A stretch of DNA of 63,649 nucleotides, from NCBI GenBank assembly GCA_004431415.1, contig QPMI01000135.1, positions 1 to 63,649 of the forward strand, in the 5' to 3' direction. Below the pieces are notes generated by a model, which made no database searches, was not told the DNA's origin, and saw only the letters and a program-made list of their open reading frames with translations. Below, one piece after another: positions 22,585 through 34,945 of the stretch (its first letter is position 1; every line of letters starts with the position of its first letter). Origin of the DNA: Cyanophora paradoxa CCMP329. Lineage: Eukaryota; Plantae; Glaucophyta. Position numbers and translations under genes: made by a program.

Positions 22585-23851
22585 TGCACTCTATATCCAG
22601 CTATTTAGCGCGCAGTCGACGGCCATCCATCGAAATCGATACGTATACCGATATCGTTTAATTCGCACGTTGTCGAATTTAATTTCGATCGATATATATA
22701 CATATATATCCGCATCTCGAATTAATATCCGTCAGTTCTCCGTTCTAAATTGTCTTGAACGACGTAGAGCCTGAGAGTTTCAAAATTCGCCGAACCAGGC
22801 CGGGCCGTGGAAATGTTCACGTCGCGCGCACTCAACGCGCACATCCGTGCACGTGTCGACGGATCCGGAATTCGAGTCGCGAGCTTCATGTTAAAAAAAA
22901 GATCGATTCATATTGCGCATTTTTACGAGCATGCATACACGCATGCGCATGCTTGAATAATGAATCATTGCGCCGTCTCGCTGCATGACAGTGCACGTGA
23001 TTCTCATGAGAGAGATCGCGACCGACAGGCCAGGCGCAGTGGCTATCCAAATGAAGCTGTAATGCACACATATATATCGCCTCGTCCCTCTTGAGGGCCC
23101 GCAGTCGCGCGCGCAATTTAATTTGGGGCGCAATTTCATAATCGCGGCCGGCCGGCCTCGCGATCAGCCCAACGTCGTTTGCACGAGCTCGAGTCCGGCT
23201 GCTATAGCCTTTGGATGTTAGGGGTGGGGTGGGGGGGTGGGGGGGCGGCCTGCGGGGCCAGGGTGCCAATTTCAAATACCGGTAGATCTAGATATCAATA
23301 GTGCAGGAGTTTTTTGTTTTTTTCTGGGGGGGGGGAGGGTGAGAGGATGGGGGATACACATTGCAGTTCTCGCGGCGGCCGTGAGCACGGGGCTAGCGCT
23401 GAGCTTTCGTCAAGCGTTGTCGATAGCTAGCTCCAGCTCTGCCTGCAGCCCGCTCCCGGCGGCCGCTGCGTCTGGGTGGCAAGTCCCTTCAGATGCCGAA
23501 GGAAATGTGCGTGAGCAGGAGTGGCTGTACGTGCTCAGCGACATGGGGCCGGGGTGCTGAGCGATGCATGCGCAGTACTCCGGCCAGCTACGCGGGCCTC
23601 TGGATCTCCTGGGGCGGCGTACGCGTGTGCTCTCGGGGCGCTCGAATCGAGGCACGTTGAAGCTCGGAGCGTGGGCATACTGCTCCCTGGAAGCTCGTGA
23701 GCAGCTGCACGCTGCGCGAGATCTCCCGCCTGTCCAGCTCCGCGCCGGCGACGATCGACCGCAGCCGTCGCGTGCGCCGGCGCCGCAGCCGTCGCGTGCG
23801 CCGCAGCCGGCATAGACTTTACGCTGCCGAGGGACACAGGGTTCAAGGGCC

Positions 23852-24599
23852 TTATTTCGTGCGCTTTTGGGTGCCCTGTGCCCCGGCTGCCTCATCGGTT
23901 GACCCGTGCGTGCGCAGGTGGTTGAGCCATGCATGTACACCGAACGCCTGGTGAGCGGCCCATCTATGGGGCATCGCTGCACGGGGCGGGGGCTTGGCTG
24001 ACTGACGCCGCTTCTTCCACACGGGCACGATGCCCAGGACAAACCGGTCGTGGGTCTTCTTGTTGTGGCCCTGCGCGCGCAGGAAAAAGGTCAGATCGCC
24101 GCGCGACGCCCGCCGCGCCGCGCCGCCCGCCCCGGGCCTCGCGAGCGCGTACCGTGAGCCTGCACACGGAACAGCGGACGACGCGACGGCGCCTGAGCGG
24201 GGCGCACGGGCCCAGGTCGACGTGCCGCGCCGGGGCCGGCACGGCGACGGGAAGCGCAGAGGGGGGCCCTGCGGGCGCGGCGGGGCTCGGGGTGCCGGCC
24301 GCGGGGCTCGGCGGCAGGGGCGCGAGGGGATCCTGAAGAGGGCCCGCGGGCGCCGGCGCCGTCGCGTCCGCGTCCACGCGGGGCCACGGGAGGGGCGCCT
24401 TGCAGGCTTCAAAGGCGGCGGGAGGGAGCCAGGGGGTCGCGACGAGCGGCGGCGCGAGGATCGACGCGACGGGAGGGAGCCGGGCCGAGTCCAGGCCGCC
24501 CGGGGCCGGCGCGCCGCAGGAGAAGAGCGCGCCGTCGCGACCGAAAAGCGCCGGGTCGATCATGTCGAGAGAGGACGCGACGGAAAGGGCCGAGCTCAT
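23852..24599 (-). CDS. Pro/Ala-rich protein with Zn-knuckle-like CxxCxxxGHNxxTH motif; intron at 24071-24152; 3' end uncertain
   Basis: CTATAAAAA ~55 nt upstream of ATG 24599; a GT-AG intron with CTGAC branch point joins CSVCRLT to GHNKKTHDRF. Confidence 0.55.
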
Positions 24600-24974
24600 G
24601 TTGCGAAGCTGCGAAACTTGAGAGTGAGGTTTCGGGGGCGGCGCGATCTTTTTTATAGTGCGGCGGGGCGCGAGAAAAATACCCGAAAAGGGAATCGCTC
24701 AGATGAGAGGGCGCATGCGAAGGCCTCGTTCGAACGGGCCCTGTCCCGAGGGGGTAAGCGGAGGCGGGGGGAGGGGGGAGGGGAGGGCGGGGTACGCCGC
24801 ACCTTTGGAGCGCGAACGGCCGGCTGCGAGCCCTGCGAGGGCGGAACGGGGCGGGGCGCCCGGGCCCCTCCCCCTCCCCCTCCCCCCCTCCCCCCCCCCG
24901 CCCCCCCCCCCCGAACACCGACGGAAGAAGGAGCCGCACGCGTTCAGAGGTGCTCGCGTACAGGAGGGGGGTGC

Positions 24975-25673
24975 CTAGCTGTCGAATCCGAAGCGAGCAA
25001 AGAGGGCGCGCGGGACGGCCGGCTCCGCGAAACGGCGCACGCGCGCCATGCTCTGCCCCGCCGCGTTCACGTCGTACGTCCGCCCGCCCATCGCCACGAT
25101 GCAGAAGTCGAAGCAGCCCTCGTTAAAGTCGCCGCCCTGGGGTACGTCCGAGTTGTAGGCGAAGAGGTCGAGCGCCCCGACGAGCTCCTTCTCCTTGGGC
25201 TTCTCCTTTTCCGCGTTCACGTCGTACGTCCGCCCGCCCATCGCCACGACGCAGACGTCGAAGCCGCCCTCGTTAAAGTCGCCGCCCTGGGGTACGGCCG
25301 AGTTGTAGGCGAAGAGGTCGAGCGCCCCGACGAGCTCCTTTTCCTTGGGCTTCTCCTTTTCCGCGTTCACGTCGTACGTCCGCCCGCCCATCGCCACGAC
25401 GCAGACGTCGAAGCCGCCCTCATTAAAGTCGCCGCCCTGGGGTACGGCCGAGTTGTAGGCGAAGAGGTCGAGCGCCCCGACGAGCTCCTTCTCCATGAGC
25501 TTCTCCTTCTCCGCGTCGGGCGCGGCGGCGAGGATCGACGCGACGGGAGGGAGCCGGGCCGAGTCCAGGCCGCCCGGGGCCGGTGCGCCGCAGGAGAAGA
25601 GCGCGCCGTCGCGACCGAAAAGCGCCGGGTCGATCATGTCGAGAGAGGACGCGACGGAAAGGGCCGAGCTCAT
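24975..25673 (-). CDS. Chimeric 232-aa ORF: N-terminus of the 24599 gene + three 50-aa copies of the helicase motif V-VI segment + helicase C-terminal tail
   Basis: Three 150-bp repeats (from ~25066, 25215, 25365) match 28460-28620; flanked by a ~570-bp direct duplication (~24448-25019 / ~25523-26095). Confidence 0.6.
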   Translation of the reverse strand: MSSALSVASSLDMIDPALFGRDGALFSCGAPAPGGLDSARLPPVASILAAAPDAEKEKLMEKELVGALDLFAYNSAVPQGGDFNEGGFDVCVVAMGGRTYDVNAEKEKPKEKELVGALDLFAYNSAVPQGGDFNEGGFDVCVVAMGGRTYDVNAEKEKPKEKELVGALDLFAYNSDVPQGGDFNEGCFDFCIVAMGGRTYDVNAAGQSMARVRRFAEPAVPRALFARFGFDS

Positions 25674-26050
25674 GTTGCGAAGCTGCGAAACTTGAGAGTG
25701 AGGTTTCGGGGGCGGCGCGATCTTTTTTATAGTGCGGCGGGGCGCGAGAAAAATACCCGAAAAGGGAATCGCTCAGATGAGAGGGCGCATGCGAAGGCCT
25801 CGTTCGAACGGGCCCTGTCACGAGGGGGTAAGCGGAGGCGGGGGGAGGGGGGAGGGGAGGGCGGGGTACGCCGCACCTTTGGAGCGCGAACGGCCGGCTG
25901 CGAGCCCTGCGAGGGCGGAACGGGGCGGGGCGCCCGGGCCCCTCCCCCTCCCCTCCCCTCCCTCCCGCCCCCCGTACCCCCCACCCCCGAACACCGAGGG
26001 AAGAGGGAGCCGCACGCGTTCAGAGGTGCTCGCGTACAGGAGGGGGGTGC

Positions 26051-29000
26051 CTAGCTGTCGAATCCGAAGTGAGCAAAGAGGGCGCGGGGGACGGCGATCC
26101 CCGTGAGCTCCTTCCCCTTGGGGCGGGCGCGCCACTCGAGCTGGATGCGGAGGGACGGCGCCCCGCGCCTCTCGAGCCAGTCGGCGACGAGGCCGAGGCC
26201 GGACCCGCTGCTGTTGCCGGGCTTGATGACGGCGACCTTGTTCGGGAGCCCCCGGAGCGTCACGGGGAGCTCCTCCCCGCTCGTCGGGTCCTTGGGCTTG
26301 AAGATCCCGTTGAGCTCCTTCTTGGTGAAACTGGCGGGGTCGGAGCGCGTCCCCGCGCCGGCGCGCCAGGCCTCGGCCAGGCGCCCCACGAACCAGCGCG
26401 CGTCCTCCTCGTCGACGCCGGGATCCGCCGCGGAGCGCGCCTCCGCCTCGGCGGCCCGCTCGCAGAGGGCGCGGAGGAGCTCCTCGAGCGCCGCCGGCGT
26501 CACCCGCGGCTCCGCCTCGGACTCGGCGCCCGCCCTCTCCTCCGCGTCGCACGAGTCCAGCAGGGCCGCGTGCACGCGCGCCGCCGCCGCGCGGATCGCC
26601 TCCTCGCCCCCCCCCATCCCCAGGAGCCGCCCGAGCAGCTCGTTGGGCTCCGCCGCCAGCGCCCGCGCCGCCGGCCCGTACCAGACAGAGGGGTGGAGCT
26701 CGGCGCGCTCGCGCAGGGGCCTGCGCTGCGGCAGCGGCCGCCCCAGCTCGACGATCGCGCTCATGGCGACGGCCGTCAGGTTCATCGCGGAGAAGAAGAG
26801 GCGGGCCCCGTGGCGGGTCCACCGGCGCGCGCCCGCGCCCTCCTCCGGCTCCGGGTACGTGACGGGCGGGAGGGGGGCGCGCTCCCCCGGGGCGGCCCCC
26901 GCGAGGAGCGCCTCGATGGCCTCCCGGTCGGCCTCCGCCGTCTCGTCCCCGCCCTCGCTCGCCCGATCGAGGCCGTCCGCCACGTCCGTCTCCTCCCCCC
27001 CCGCCGGCCGCCCCTCGCCCGCCCCCTCCCCCTCCTCGCCGTCCCCGCCCGGAGCCGCGCCCTCCTCCTCCCCCTCCTCCTCCTCCTCCGCCGCCGCCGC
27101 CGCCGCCTCGGGCTCCGGGTTCGACGCCTCGAAGAGCCGCCGGGACGCGTACTCGGTCTTGGCGTGGGCGCAGGTAACAAAGGCGAGGGCGAGGTAGTCC
27201 ACCACGAATCCCGCCCTCGACGCCGCCCTCTGGGTCACCCGCCGCCCGCCGACCTGTCGGCGCTTCGGGGGGCCCGCGAAGACGGCCGGCTTGAGGGGTA
27301 CGCCCGCCCAGATGGCCGCCCGCTTCAGGAGTCGGAGAAAGTGCTTCCCCACGGCCACCTCCAGCGTCGGTTCCTTGGCCAGATCGAAGAGCTCCTGGGC
27401 GCGCGCGCGGTACGCCCTGCACGCGGCCGCGTCGGCCCGGTCGGCCTGCTGGAGCAGGCCCGCCCGACCACAAAGTCCCGCCGGGTCGCGTGCTCGAAGA
27501 GCCGGTCCCGCTCCACCGCCGCCGCGAGGCGAGCGAGGTCCGCCGCGGGCCAGGCGTCCGGCGCGAACGAGTCGAGGAGCCCGAGGGGCGAGAGCTTCTC
27601 GACGACGAGGGCGCCGGGCGGCCGGGCCGCGGGCCCCGCCGGGGCCCGGGCCGCCGCCAGGGCGAGGAGGGCGAGGGCGCTCCGCCGCGTGTGCTGCTTG
27701 TCCACGCGCCCCGCCAGGAGCCCGTACCCCCCGTGCCTCCCGTAGACCGCCCCCCGCCCGTCGCGGTCGGCGAGGAAGGGGCCGGCGGCGGCGCCAAAGG
27801 CGCGGATCAGGGGGCGGAGGGAGGCGGGCGTCTCCTTGGCGTGCGCCTCGACCTCCGCGAGGCTGACGTCGGCGGGGTCGATGCGGAGGGCGCCGGCCAC
27901 GAAGCGCTTCCGGCACGCGAGCCTCTCCGCCTCGGTCACGGGCCACCGACCCAGCGCCGCCGGCGCCCTCCCGGCCAGCATGCTCTCCACGATGGCGCCC
28001 GTCCGGGGGTCCTCCTCCCCGAGGGTGGCGGCGGCGGCCACGGGGGTGTAGATCGCCGCCGAGCGCACGCGCGCGGCGAGGCCGTTCAGGAGCGAGGCGA
28101 CGGACTTGGGGAGCGGCTCGGCCTTCTCGACGAGCTCCAGGCCGCGCGCGTACCCCATCTTCCCGAACTTGGCGTCGAGGGCCTGGACGGTGCGCTGCCG
28201 GCTCCAGTTCAGGACGACGAGGCGGGCCGCCTGCATGCGGAGGAAGGCGAGGTCGGCCCGGGGGAGCCGGGCGCGGTCGCCCTCGACCCGCCCCGCATCT
28301 CGCGCTCCTCCTCGAGGCGCCGCTCGTAGACGGCCTCGACGCCGCCGACCGTCGCCCCCAGGGGCCCCAGGGCGGCCTCCTCCCGCGGCTCGCGCCCCGC
28401 GCACACGAAGACGTCCGGCTCCGCGACAGAGCGCACGCGCGCCATGCCCTGCCCCGCCCCGTTCACGTCGTACGTCCGCCCGCCCATCGCCACGATGCAG
28501 ACGTCGAAGCCGCCCTCGTTAAAGTCGCTGCCCTGGGGTACGGCCGAGTTGTAGGCGAAGAGGTCGAGCGCCCCGACGAGCGCCTTCTCCTTGAGCTTCT
28601 CCTTCTCCGCGTCGGGCGCGTCGGCGTAGATGAAGAGCGAGCTCAGGCGGCCGGCCTCGACCCGCGCGCGGAGGGCGGGGTGGGCGTGGAGGAGGGCGAG
28701 GGTGGCGAAGAGGGCGCGGCGGTCGTCGGCGGAGAGGACGACGCGCTTGCCGGCCAGGAGGTGCGCCGCGACGAGGAGCGGGGCGTACATCCAGGGGAGG
28801 AGGAGCGCCGCCCGCGCGTGCTCGCGGAGCCGGTGCAGGTACTGCACCACGAAGGGCTCCGGGGCCCCCCGCGCCCCCGCCGCCGCCGCGCCGGCCCCGA
28901 GGAAGAGGCCGACGTAGAAGTCGACGTCGGGCTGGGAGAGGTCCGCGTCGGCGATGACGAGGCGGTGCGCCTGGGCGAACAGGCTTCTGAATCGCGCGAC

Positions 29001-31649
29001 CGCCGCGCTGTGGCGCCCCTCCTTGGCCAGCGTCGTCGAGAGGGCCAGCGTGGCCAGCGCCTTGGCCCCTCGTCCACGACGACGACCTGGAAGGCGCCCT
29101 CGAGGCGCTGGATCGACTCGACGGTCGACATGAGCTGCGCGCTCGCCTGCGCCAGCTGCCCCGGCGTCATCTCCTTGTACGAGGTCCACGGCACCGCGCA
29201 GATCGCCGTGTAGCGCGTGTCCGCCAGGAGGAGCTCGTCGTGGATCCGCCCCGCGACGACGTAGAGGATCCTGAAGTGCTGGGGCAGGCCGTACGCGGCG
29301 GGGGACTTGCGCATCTCGGCGAGGAGGTGGACGATCGCCTGCGACTTGCCCGTACCCGTCTGCGCCGGAGGAAGAGCATGCCTCGCCGCGTGGCCGGCCC
29401 GCGGAGCGCCCCCTCGACCGCCTCCTTGTCCACCCACCGGCGCCGCGGGTCGCCGAGGTCGTTGGCGTCGTGGACGATGTCACGCCAGTCGAAGCCCCCG
29501 CCGGCGGGCCGCCCGAGGGGCTCGCGCAGGTCGGGGAGCGGGAGCGCGTCCAGCGCCTTCCGCGCCGCCTCCGGCACGAGCCCGCGGCGGATCGGCTCGC
29601 CGGACCAGTCCTTGGCCACGACCCGCTGGCGCAGCACCTCGATGATCGCGACGAGCTGCTCCCCGGCCTGCCCGCCGAGGGGCGGGAGGGCCTCCAGCCA
29701 GCCCTTCGGGCCCGCGGCGCCGAAGAGCGCGATGCCGGGGCCCCCGTTCGCCTCCAGCGCCCGCGCGACGAGGGCGCGCTGCACGGCGTCCTCCGCGGCG
29801 CGCAGCTCCGAGCCCAGCTCGGGGAGGAGGTCGAGGCGACGGGTGCGCCCTCGGGGCTCGCCGCCTTGCAGCCGGCGCACGGGAACGCCTTGACCTCGCG
29901 CGCCAGAACGTCGACGAGCACGCCCCCGCGCGCCCCGCCGCACTCGGCGCAGGGCGCGTCGACAGAGTAGACGCGGTCGTTGGTGCGGGGGACGACGGAG
30001 AAGGGGTACGGGAGGGTGCGGGCGGGCGGGGCGGCGCCGCCGCCGCGCGCCCCGTCCGCGATGCTCGAGAGGCACTCGCCGAGGGCCACGAGGGCCGCGT
30101 CGTCCGCCGCCTCCTCGGCCGGGTCCGCCCGCGCCCCGTCCCAGACGGGCCGCCCAAAGACGGGGCGCCGGGCGCAGTCCGAGTGGTTCTGGCCCCCGCA
30201 CCGGAACGCCACCATGCTCGCCCCCGGGAGGAGCTGCGAGACCGAGCAGAGGGTCCCGCGCCAGTCGTGCTCGACGCCGAGGTGGCACCGGGCGCCGCTG
30301 CCCGCCGCGGGGCTGACGCGAAACGTGACGTAGCGCCCGTCCTCCGAGCGCCCCACGAGTCGGACCTTGCGGGGCGCGCCCCGCCGATCGCGATGGTGCG
30401 GGGCGAGCTCCAGGGCCCGGAGCAGGGCCTCGGGCGCGCTGCCGGCGCCGCCCCGGGCCGGGCTCCCGTCCCGCCGACGCTTCCTGCTCGCGCCGCCGCC
30501 CTCGCGCGGGGCGCTCGGGGCCTCGGGGAGGGCCGGGAGGGCGGCCACGGCCTCCTCCGTCCCCACGCGCCGCTCCAGGTCGGCGAAGAGGCCGGAGAGA
30601 AAGGCCGAGATCTCCGGGGCGGGGCCGTCGCCGGCGATGAGGACCCGCTCCGCCGCCTCGCCGTCGGGCTCGATCAGGGCGTCGAGGTCGGGGCCCGAGA
30701 CGGCGACGGGGTACCGCCCCGTGAGCGGGTGGGGGTACTCGTCGAGGCGGAGGCCGCAGTTGGGGTTGAGCGGGGACCTGTCGATCGCCGCCACGATGCC
30801 GAGCACGTCCTCCTCGGAGAGGCCCGGCAGCCTGCGGAGCAGGGGTACGAGCGCCGTCTCCAGGAGGTCGTCCACGGAGTAGGCCCGGCCGCCGCCGGCC
30901 GCCGCCGGCTCCACCTGGCCGTCCGCCTTGACGCGCGCCCCGGGGGCCCGGACGAGCAGGGCGGGGTGGCGGAGGAGGACGTGGAAGCCCTTGAGGCCGC
31001 TGAAGGTGACGAGGCACTCGAGCGGCGCCTCGCCGGGCGCGGGGGGGTACGCCCCGCACGCCTTGGCGAGCCTGTACGCGGTCCCGGCCGGCTCCAGGAG
31101 GCGCGGCTCGGCGGCGAAGAGCTCGGCGAGGGTGCGCAGCGGGGCGGCCCTGGCGGCGAGGCCCTTCTTCTCCGAGGGCGCGATGCCGGCGGCGTCAAAG
31201 TCGAGGAATCCGGCGTAGACGCAGGCGGTCTGGGAGCCGTCGGGGCGGCGGACGGCGAGGGTGGAGGCGGCCTGGCAGAAGGCGCGCCGCGCCGCCGCGT
31301 CGACGAGGTCGCGGAGGGGGCGGCGGCGCCAGCGCTGGTTGAAGGGGTCGGGGAGGCCCGGGACGGCCGGCTTGACGAGGGCGTGGGCCTCCAGCCGGAC
31401 CCGGGCGGCGGCGGCGGCGGCGGCCGGCGCGACGTCGACCTCCATGGGCTCCGCCCCCGCCGAGCCCGCCGCGTCCACGCCCCCCGCCCCATCCTCGCCG
31501 ATTGCGACGGGGGCGGGGCCGAGGAGGTGGAGACGCGACGCGGGCCGGGCCGGGCGCGACGCCCGCCGGCGCCGCCTCCCGTTTCGGGGGCGACGCGCCG
31601 CCGGGAGACTCGACGGCGGCGACGACGAGGGAGACGCGACGGGAGGCAT
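26051..31649 (-). CDS. AEP primase(-polymerase) + Zn finger + UL9/origin-binding-protein-type SF2 helicase fusion, ~1850 aa, intronless, about five 1-bp frameshifts
   Basis: AEP motifs FLDFD, FSGLKGFH and IDRSPLNPNCGLRLDEYPHPLTG; CHLGVEH...FRCGGQNHSDC; Walker A AQTGTGKS, TVESIQRL, Walker B VVVVDE, IADADL, YNSAVPQGSDF and QGMARVR; frames join near 29835, 29365, 29070, 28290 and 27460; CGATAAAAA ~60 nt upstream. Confidence 0.88.
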
Positions 31650-31840
31650 GATCGCGGGGTGCAGAGCTCGGCGAAGAGTGTGCGGATTCAGGCCCGCCCC
31701 GTCCCCTTTTTATCGCGTCTCCGACGGCTGCGCCGAAACGGGGCCCGGAATCGCCGCGCCGCCTCGGGCGTACCCCCGCGGGGCGAGCCTAAAAGAGGGC
31801 GACCTGAGGGGTACCCCGTCAGCGTTGAGCCCGGGGAGAA

Positions 31841-32480
31841 ATGCAGGCGGGGGTACCCGCGCACCGGCTCATCGAGTACGATCGGGAGAGGGGGTCTCGC
31901 GCTGCGCGCTGGCGGTGGGCACGACGCCCGAGGGCCGGATCCGCTTCGAGACGATCGAGATGCCGCTCGGGCCGACCCCGAGGAGGACGAGGCGGCGCGG
32001 GAGCGGCACATCGACTTTGGCCTCGCCTGCTGCATCGCCTGGCGCTGCTTCCAGAACCGCGCCGCCGGGCCGCCGTCGCCGCTCCGCTGGACCGACGAGT
32101 GCCCCGTCTGCCTCGAGCCGGTGACGCGGCCCGTCTCCGAGGCGTGCGGTCACGTGATGTGCTACGGCTGCATGGTCCGCTGGAGGGCGGCGAGCTGCCC
32201 CGTGTGCCGCGCGCCGTGCCCCGTCGGAGGCGCCTACTTTGCCGCCGCCGAGCACGCCCGCCTCGCCCGGGAGGACCCGGGGTACGCCGCGCGGCTCGCC
32301 GCCGAGGCCGAGGGGACGCTGGGCTTCATGCCGGAACCGTTCCGGCGGCGATTCGCCAGCGTCGACTGGATGTCCTTCGGGGCCCCGCCGCCCGCCTCCC
32401 TCTCCTTTCCGTGCACGCGGTCCGCCGAGACGCCCTCCCGATCGGCGCTGCGCCCGGACGCTCAGCTCGTCGGTCGATAG
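31841..32480 (+). CDS. C3HC4 RING-finger protein (5' part frameshifted), divergent from the primase-helicase gene
   Basis: CPVCLEPVTRPVSEACGHVMCYGCMVRWRAASCPVCR; CCTAAAAG ~50 nt upstream of ATG 31841. Confidence 0.82.
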
Positions 32481-32921
32481 GGGCAGAGGGGCGGGGCGCG
32501 CGGACCGGGGGCGCCCGGGGTAGCCGCGCGGGTACCCCCCGCTCCTGCAGCGGCAACGTATCCGTGTACCCACCGCGGCCTCGGCCTGCGTGGCGGGGGG
32601 GGGGTGAGGGCGGGGACGTTTGCGGGGGGCGCGGCGAGTCTCCAGGCGGGGGGGAGGGGGCGAGGAGGGGTACCTGGGCGAGAAGGGTGGGAGGGGGGAG
32701 TGGAGGGGGTGGGCGGCGGGCGGGGCGGGGCCCAGGCGCGGAGACGAAAGGGACCTGCGGGGGCGAGGGAAACAGGTCAGGATGGGGGGTACGGGGGGAG
32801 GAGAGGAGGGGGAGGGGAAAGGGGGGGGTGCCCGGATTCGGGCCGAGCCCTGCCCTCGGGGGGTATAAATGGGGGGCGCGCCCGGCCTCGTGCCACTCTC
32901 TCTCTCTCGAATCGAAACAAG

Positions 32922-33404
32922 ATGCCCCGCACCACCGCTCGCGTCGCGACCCGCGCCGCGGCCGGGGACGACGCGTCCGCGACCGTGACCCGCTGCCCCG
33001 TCGCCGCCATCGTCGCCATCCGCAAGTCGACCCGCGCCGCGTCCCGTCGCGCCGCGGAGCGGATCGCGCCCTGGCAGGTGCTGCACGTCGACCTGGAGAC
33101 GGAGGGGATGGTCAGGGCGCTGTCGCGTCTGAGCGCCAAGGAGCTGAGGCAGTTTCTGGGCGGCGAGCACGCACGGGAGCTCGCGGCCGCGACGCTGAAG
33201 CCCAGCCGCTGCCCCCACGCCGCCCGCCTCTTCGGTCTCCACCGGTCGACCCGCAACGCGTCCCGGCGCGCGCAGGAGCGCATGGCGCCGCGGGCCCTCT
33301 TCGCGGCGCCCCCGGAGCCGCAGGAGGGCTTCTGGCTCGCCTACGACGCCCTCTCCCTCGCCCTCGGCTCTCACAGCTGGCCGCCCGTCCCGCAGCGCGC
33401 GTAG
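32922..33404 (+). CDS. Small basic protein (160 aa) of unknown function with an internal duplication
   Basis: GTATAAAT at 32863, ATG at 32922, strong GC3 bias; RKSTRAASRRAAERIAP / HRSTRNASRRAQERMAP repeat. Confidence 0.65.
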   Translation: MPRTTARVATRAAAGDDASATVTRCPVAAIVAIRKSTRAASRRAAERIAPWQVLHVDLETEGMVRALSRLSAKELRQFLGGEHARELAAATLKPSRCPHAARLFGLHRSTRNASRRAQERMAPRALFAAPPEPQEGFWLAYDALSLALGSHSWPPVPQRA

Positions 33405-33504
33405 CCGCGCCCCCCGCGCTCCGCCCGCAGCCCTGTCGAATTGAGGGGCCGATGAGTCCGAGAGGGGAGGGGCGGGGGGGGCGGGGCGGGGCGGGGCCCC
33501 AGGG

Positions 33505-34945
33505 GCGGCGGGGCGAGTCTCCCGCGCTCACCTCTACCCCCTCGCCGCCGCCGCCGTAGGCAGGGGGTACAGGGGTCGGTGGAGACTCGCCCCGCCGCCC
33601 CAGAAGGCTCGGGATCTGCGGGCGGGAAGAAGGGGCGCGGGTCAGGTCCCTCGGGGAGGCCGGCGAGTCTCCCGCGCTCACCTCTACCCCCCTTGCCGCC
33701 GCCGCCCGTAGCCAGGGGTACGGTGGCCAGTGGAGACTCGCCCCGCCGCCCCAGAAGGCTCGGGATCTGCGGGCGGGAAGACGGGGCAGCGGCTCAGGTC
33801 CCTCGGGGGAGGCCGGCGAGTCTCCCACGCTCACCTCTACCCCCCTCGCCGCCGCCGCCCGTAGCCAGGGGGTACGGGGCCGGTGGAGACTCGCCCCGCC
33901 GCCCCAGAAGGAGCGGGATCTGCGGGCGGGAAGACGGGGCGCGGGTCAGGCCCCTCGGGGGAGGCCGGCGAGTCTCCCGCGCGCACCTCTACCCCCCTTC
34001 GCCGCCGCCGCCGTAGCCAGGGGTACGGGGCCCGGTGGAAACTCGCCCCGTCGCCCCAGAAGGAGCGGGATCTGCGGGCGGGAAGAAGGACGCGAGTCAG
34101 GGTCCCCTGGGGAGGGGGCGGCGAGTCGCCCGCGCTCACCTCTACCCCCCCCCCCCCGCCGCCGCCTCCGTAGCCAGGGGTACGGGGGCCGGTGGAGACT
34201 CGCCCCGCCGCCCCTAGAGGGGGCGGGATCTGCGGGCGGGAAGACGGGGCGCGGGTCAGGGTCCCTCGGGGGAGGCCGGCGAGTCTCCCGCGCGCACCTC
34301 TACCCCCCTCGCCGCCGCCGCCGTGGCCAGGGGTACGGGGGGCGGTGGAGACTCGCCCCGCCGCCCCTAGAGGGGGCGGGATCTGCGGGCGGGAAGACGG
34401 GGCGCGGGTCAGGGTCCCTCGGGGGAGGCCGGCGAGTCTCCCGCGCTCACCTCTACCCCCCTCGCCGCCGCCGCCGTAACCAGGGGTACGGGGGAGGTGG
34501 AGACTCGCCCCGCCGCCCCAGAAGGCTCGGGATCTGCGGGCGGGGAAGAAGGGGCGCGGCTCAGGTCCCTGGGGGGAGGCCGGCGAGTCTCCCGCGCGCA
34601 CCTCTACCCCTCGCCGCCGCCGCCGCCGTAGCCAGGGGTACGGGGGCCGGTGGAGACTCGCCCCGCCGCCCCAGAAGGAGCGGGATCTGCGGGCGGGAAG
34701 AAGGGGGGCGGCTCAGGTCCCTTGGGGGGGGGCCGGCGAGTCTCCCGCGCGCACCTCTACCCCCCTCACCGCCGCCGCCGCCGTAGCCAGGGGTACGGGG
34801 CCGGTGGAGACTCGCCCGCCGCCCCAGAAGGAGCGGGATCTGCGGGGGGGAAGAAGGGGGGCGGCTCAGGTCCCTTGGGGGGGGGGAGTCTCCCGCGCTC
34901 ACCTCTACCCCCCTCGCTGCCGCCGCCGTAGCCAGGGGTACGGGA
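33505..34945. repeat. Repeat field C: ~150-bp tandem units, each with an inverted pair GGCGAGTCTCC...GGAGACTCGCC
   Basis: About 9-10 units of GGCGAGTCTCCCGCGCTCACCTCTACCCC...GGGGTACGGGG...GGAGACTCGCCCCGCCGCCCCAGAAGG...GATCTGCGGGCGGGAAG. Confidence 0.92.

Noticed and set aside
24030-33559. Long plus-strand ORFs (24030-26054, 26069-27745, most of 30183-32480, 31841-33559)
   Set aside because: Antisense or off-frame shadows of GC3-rich real genes; Arg/Gly/Pro-rich with no motifs.
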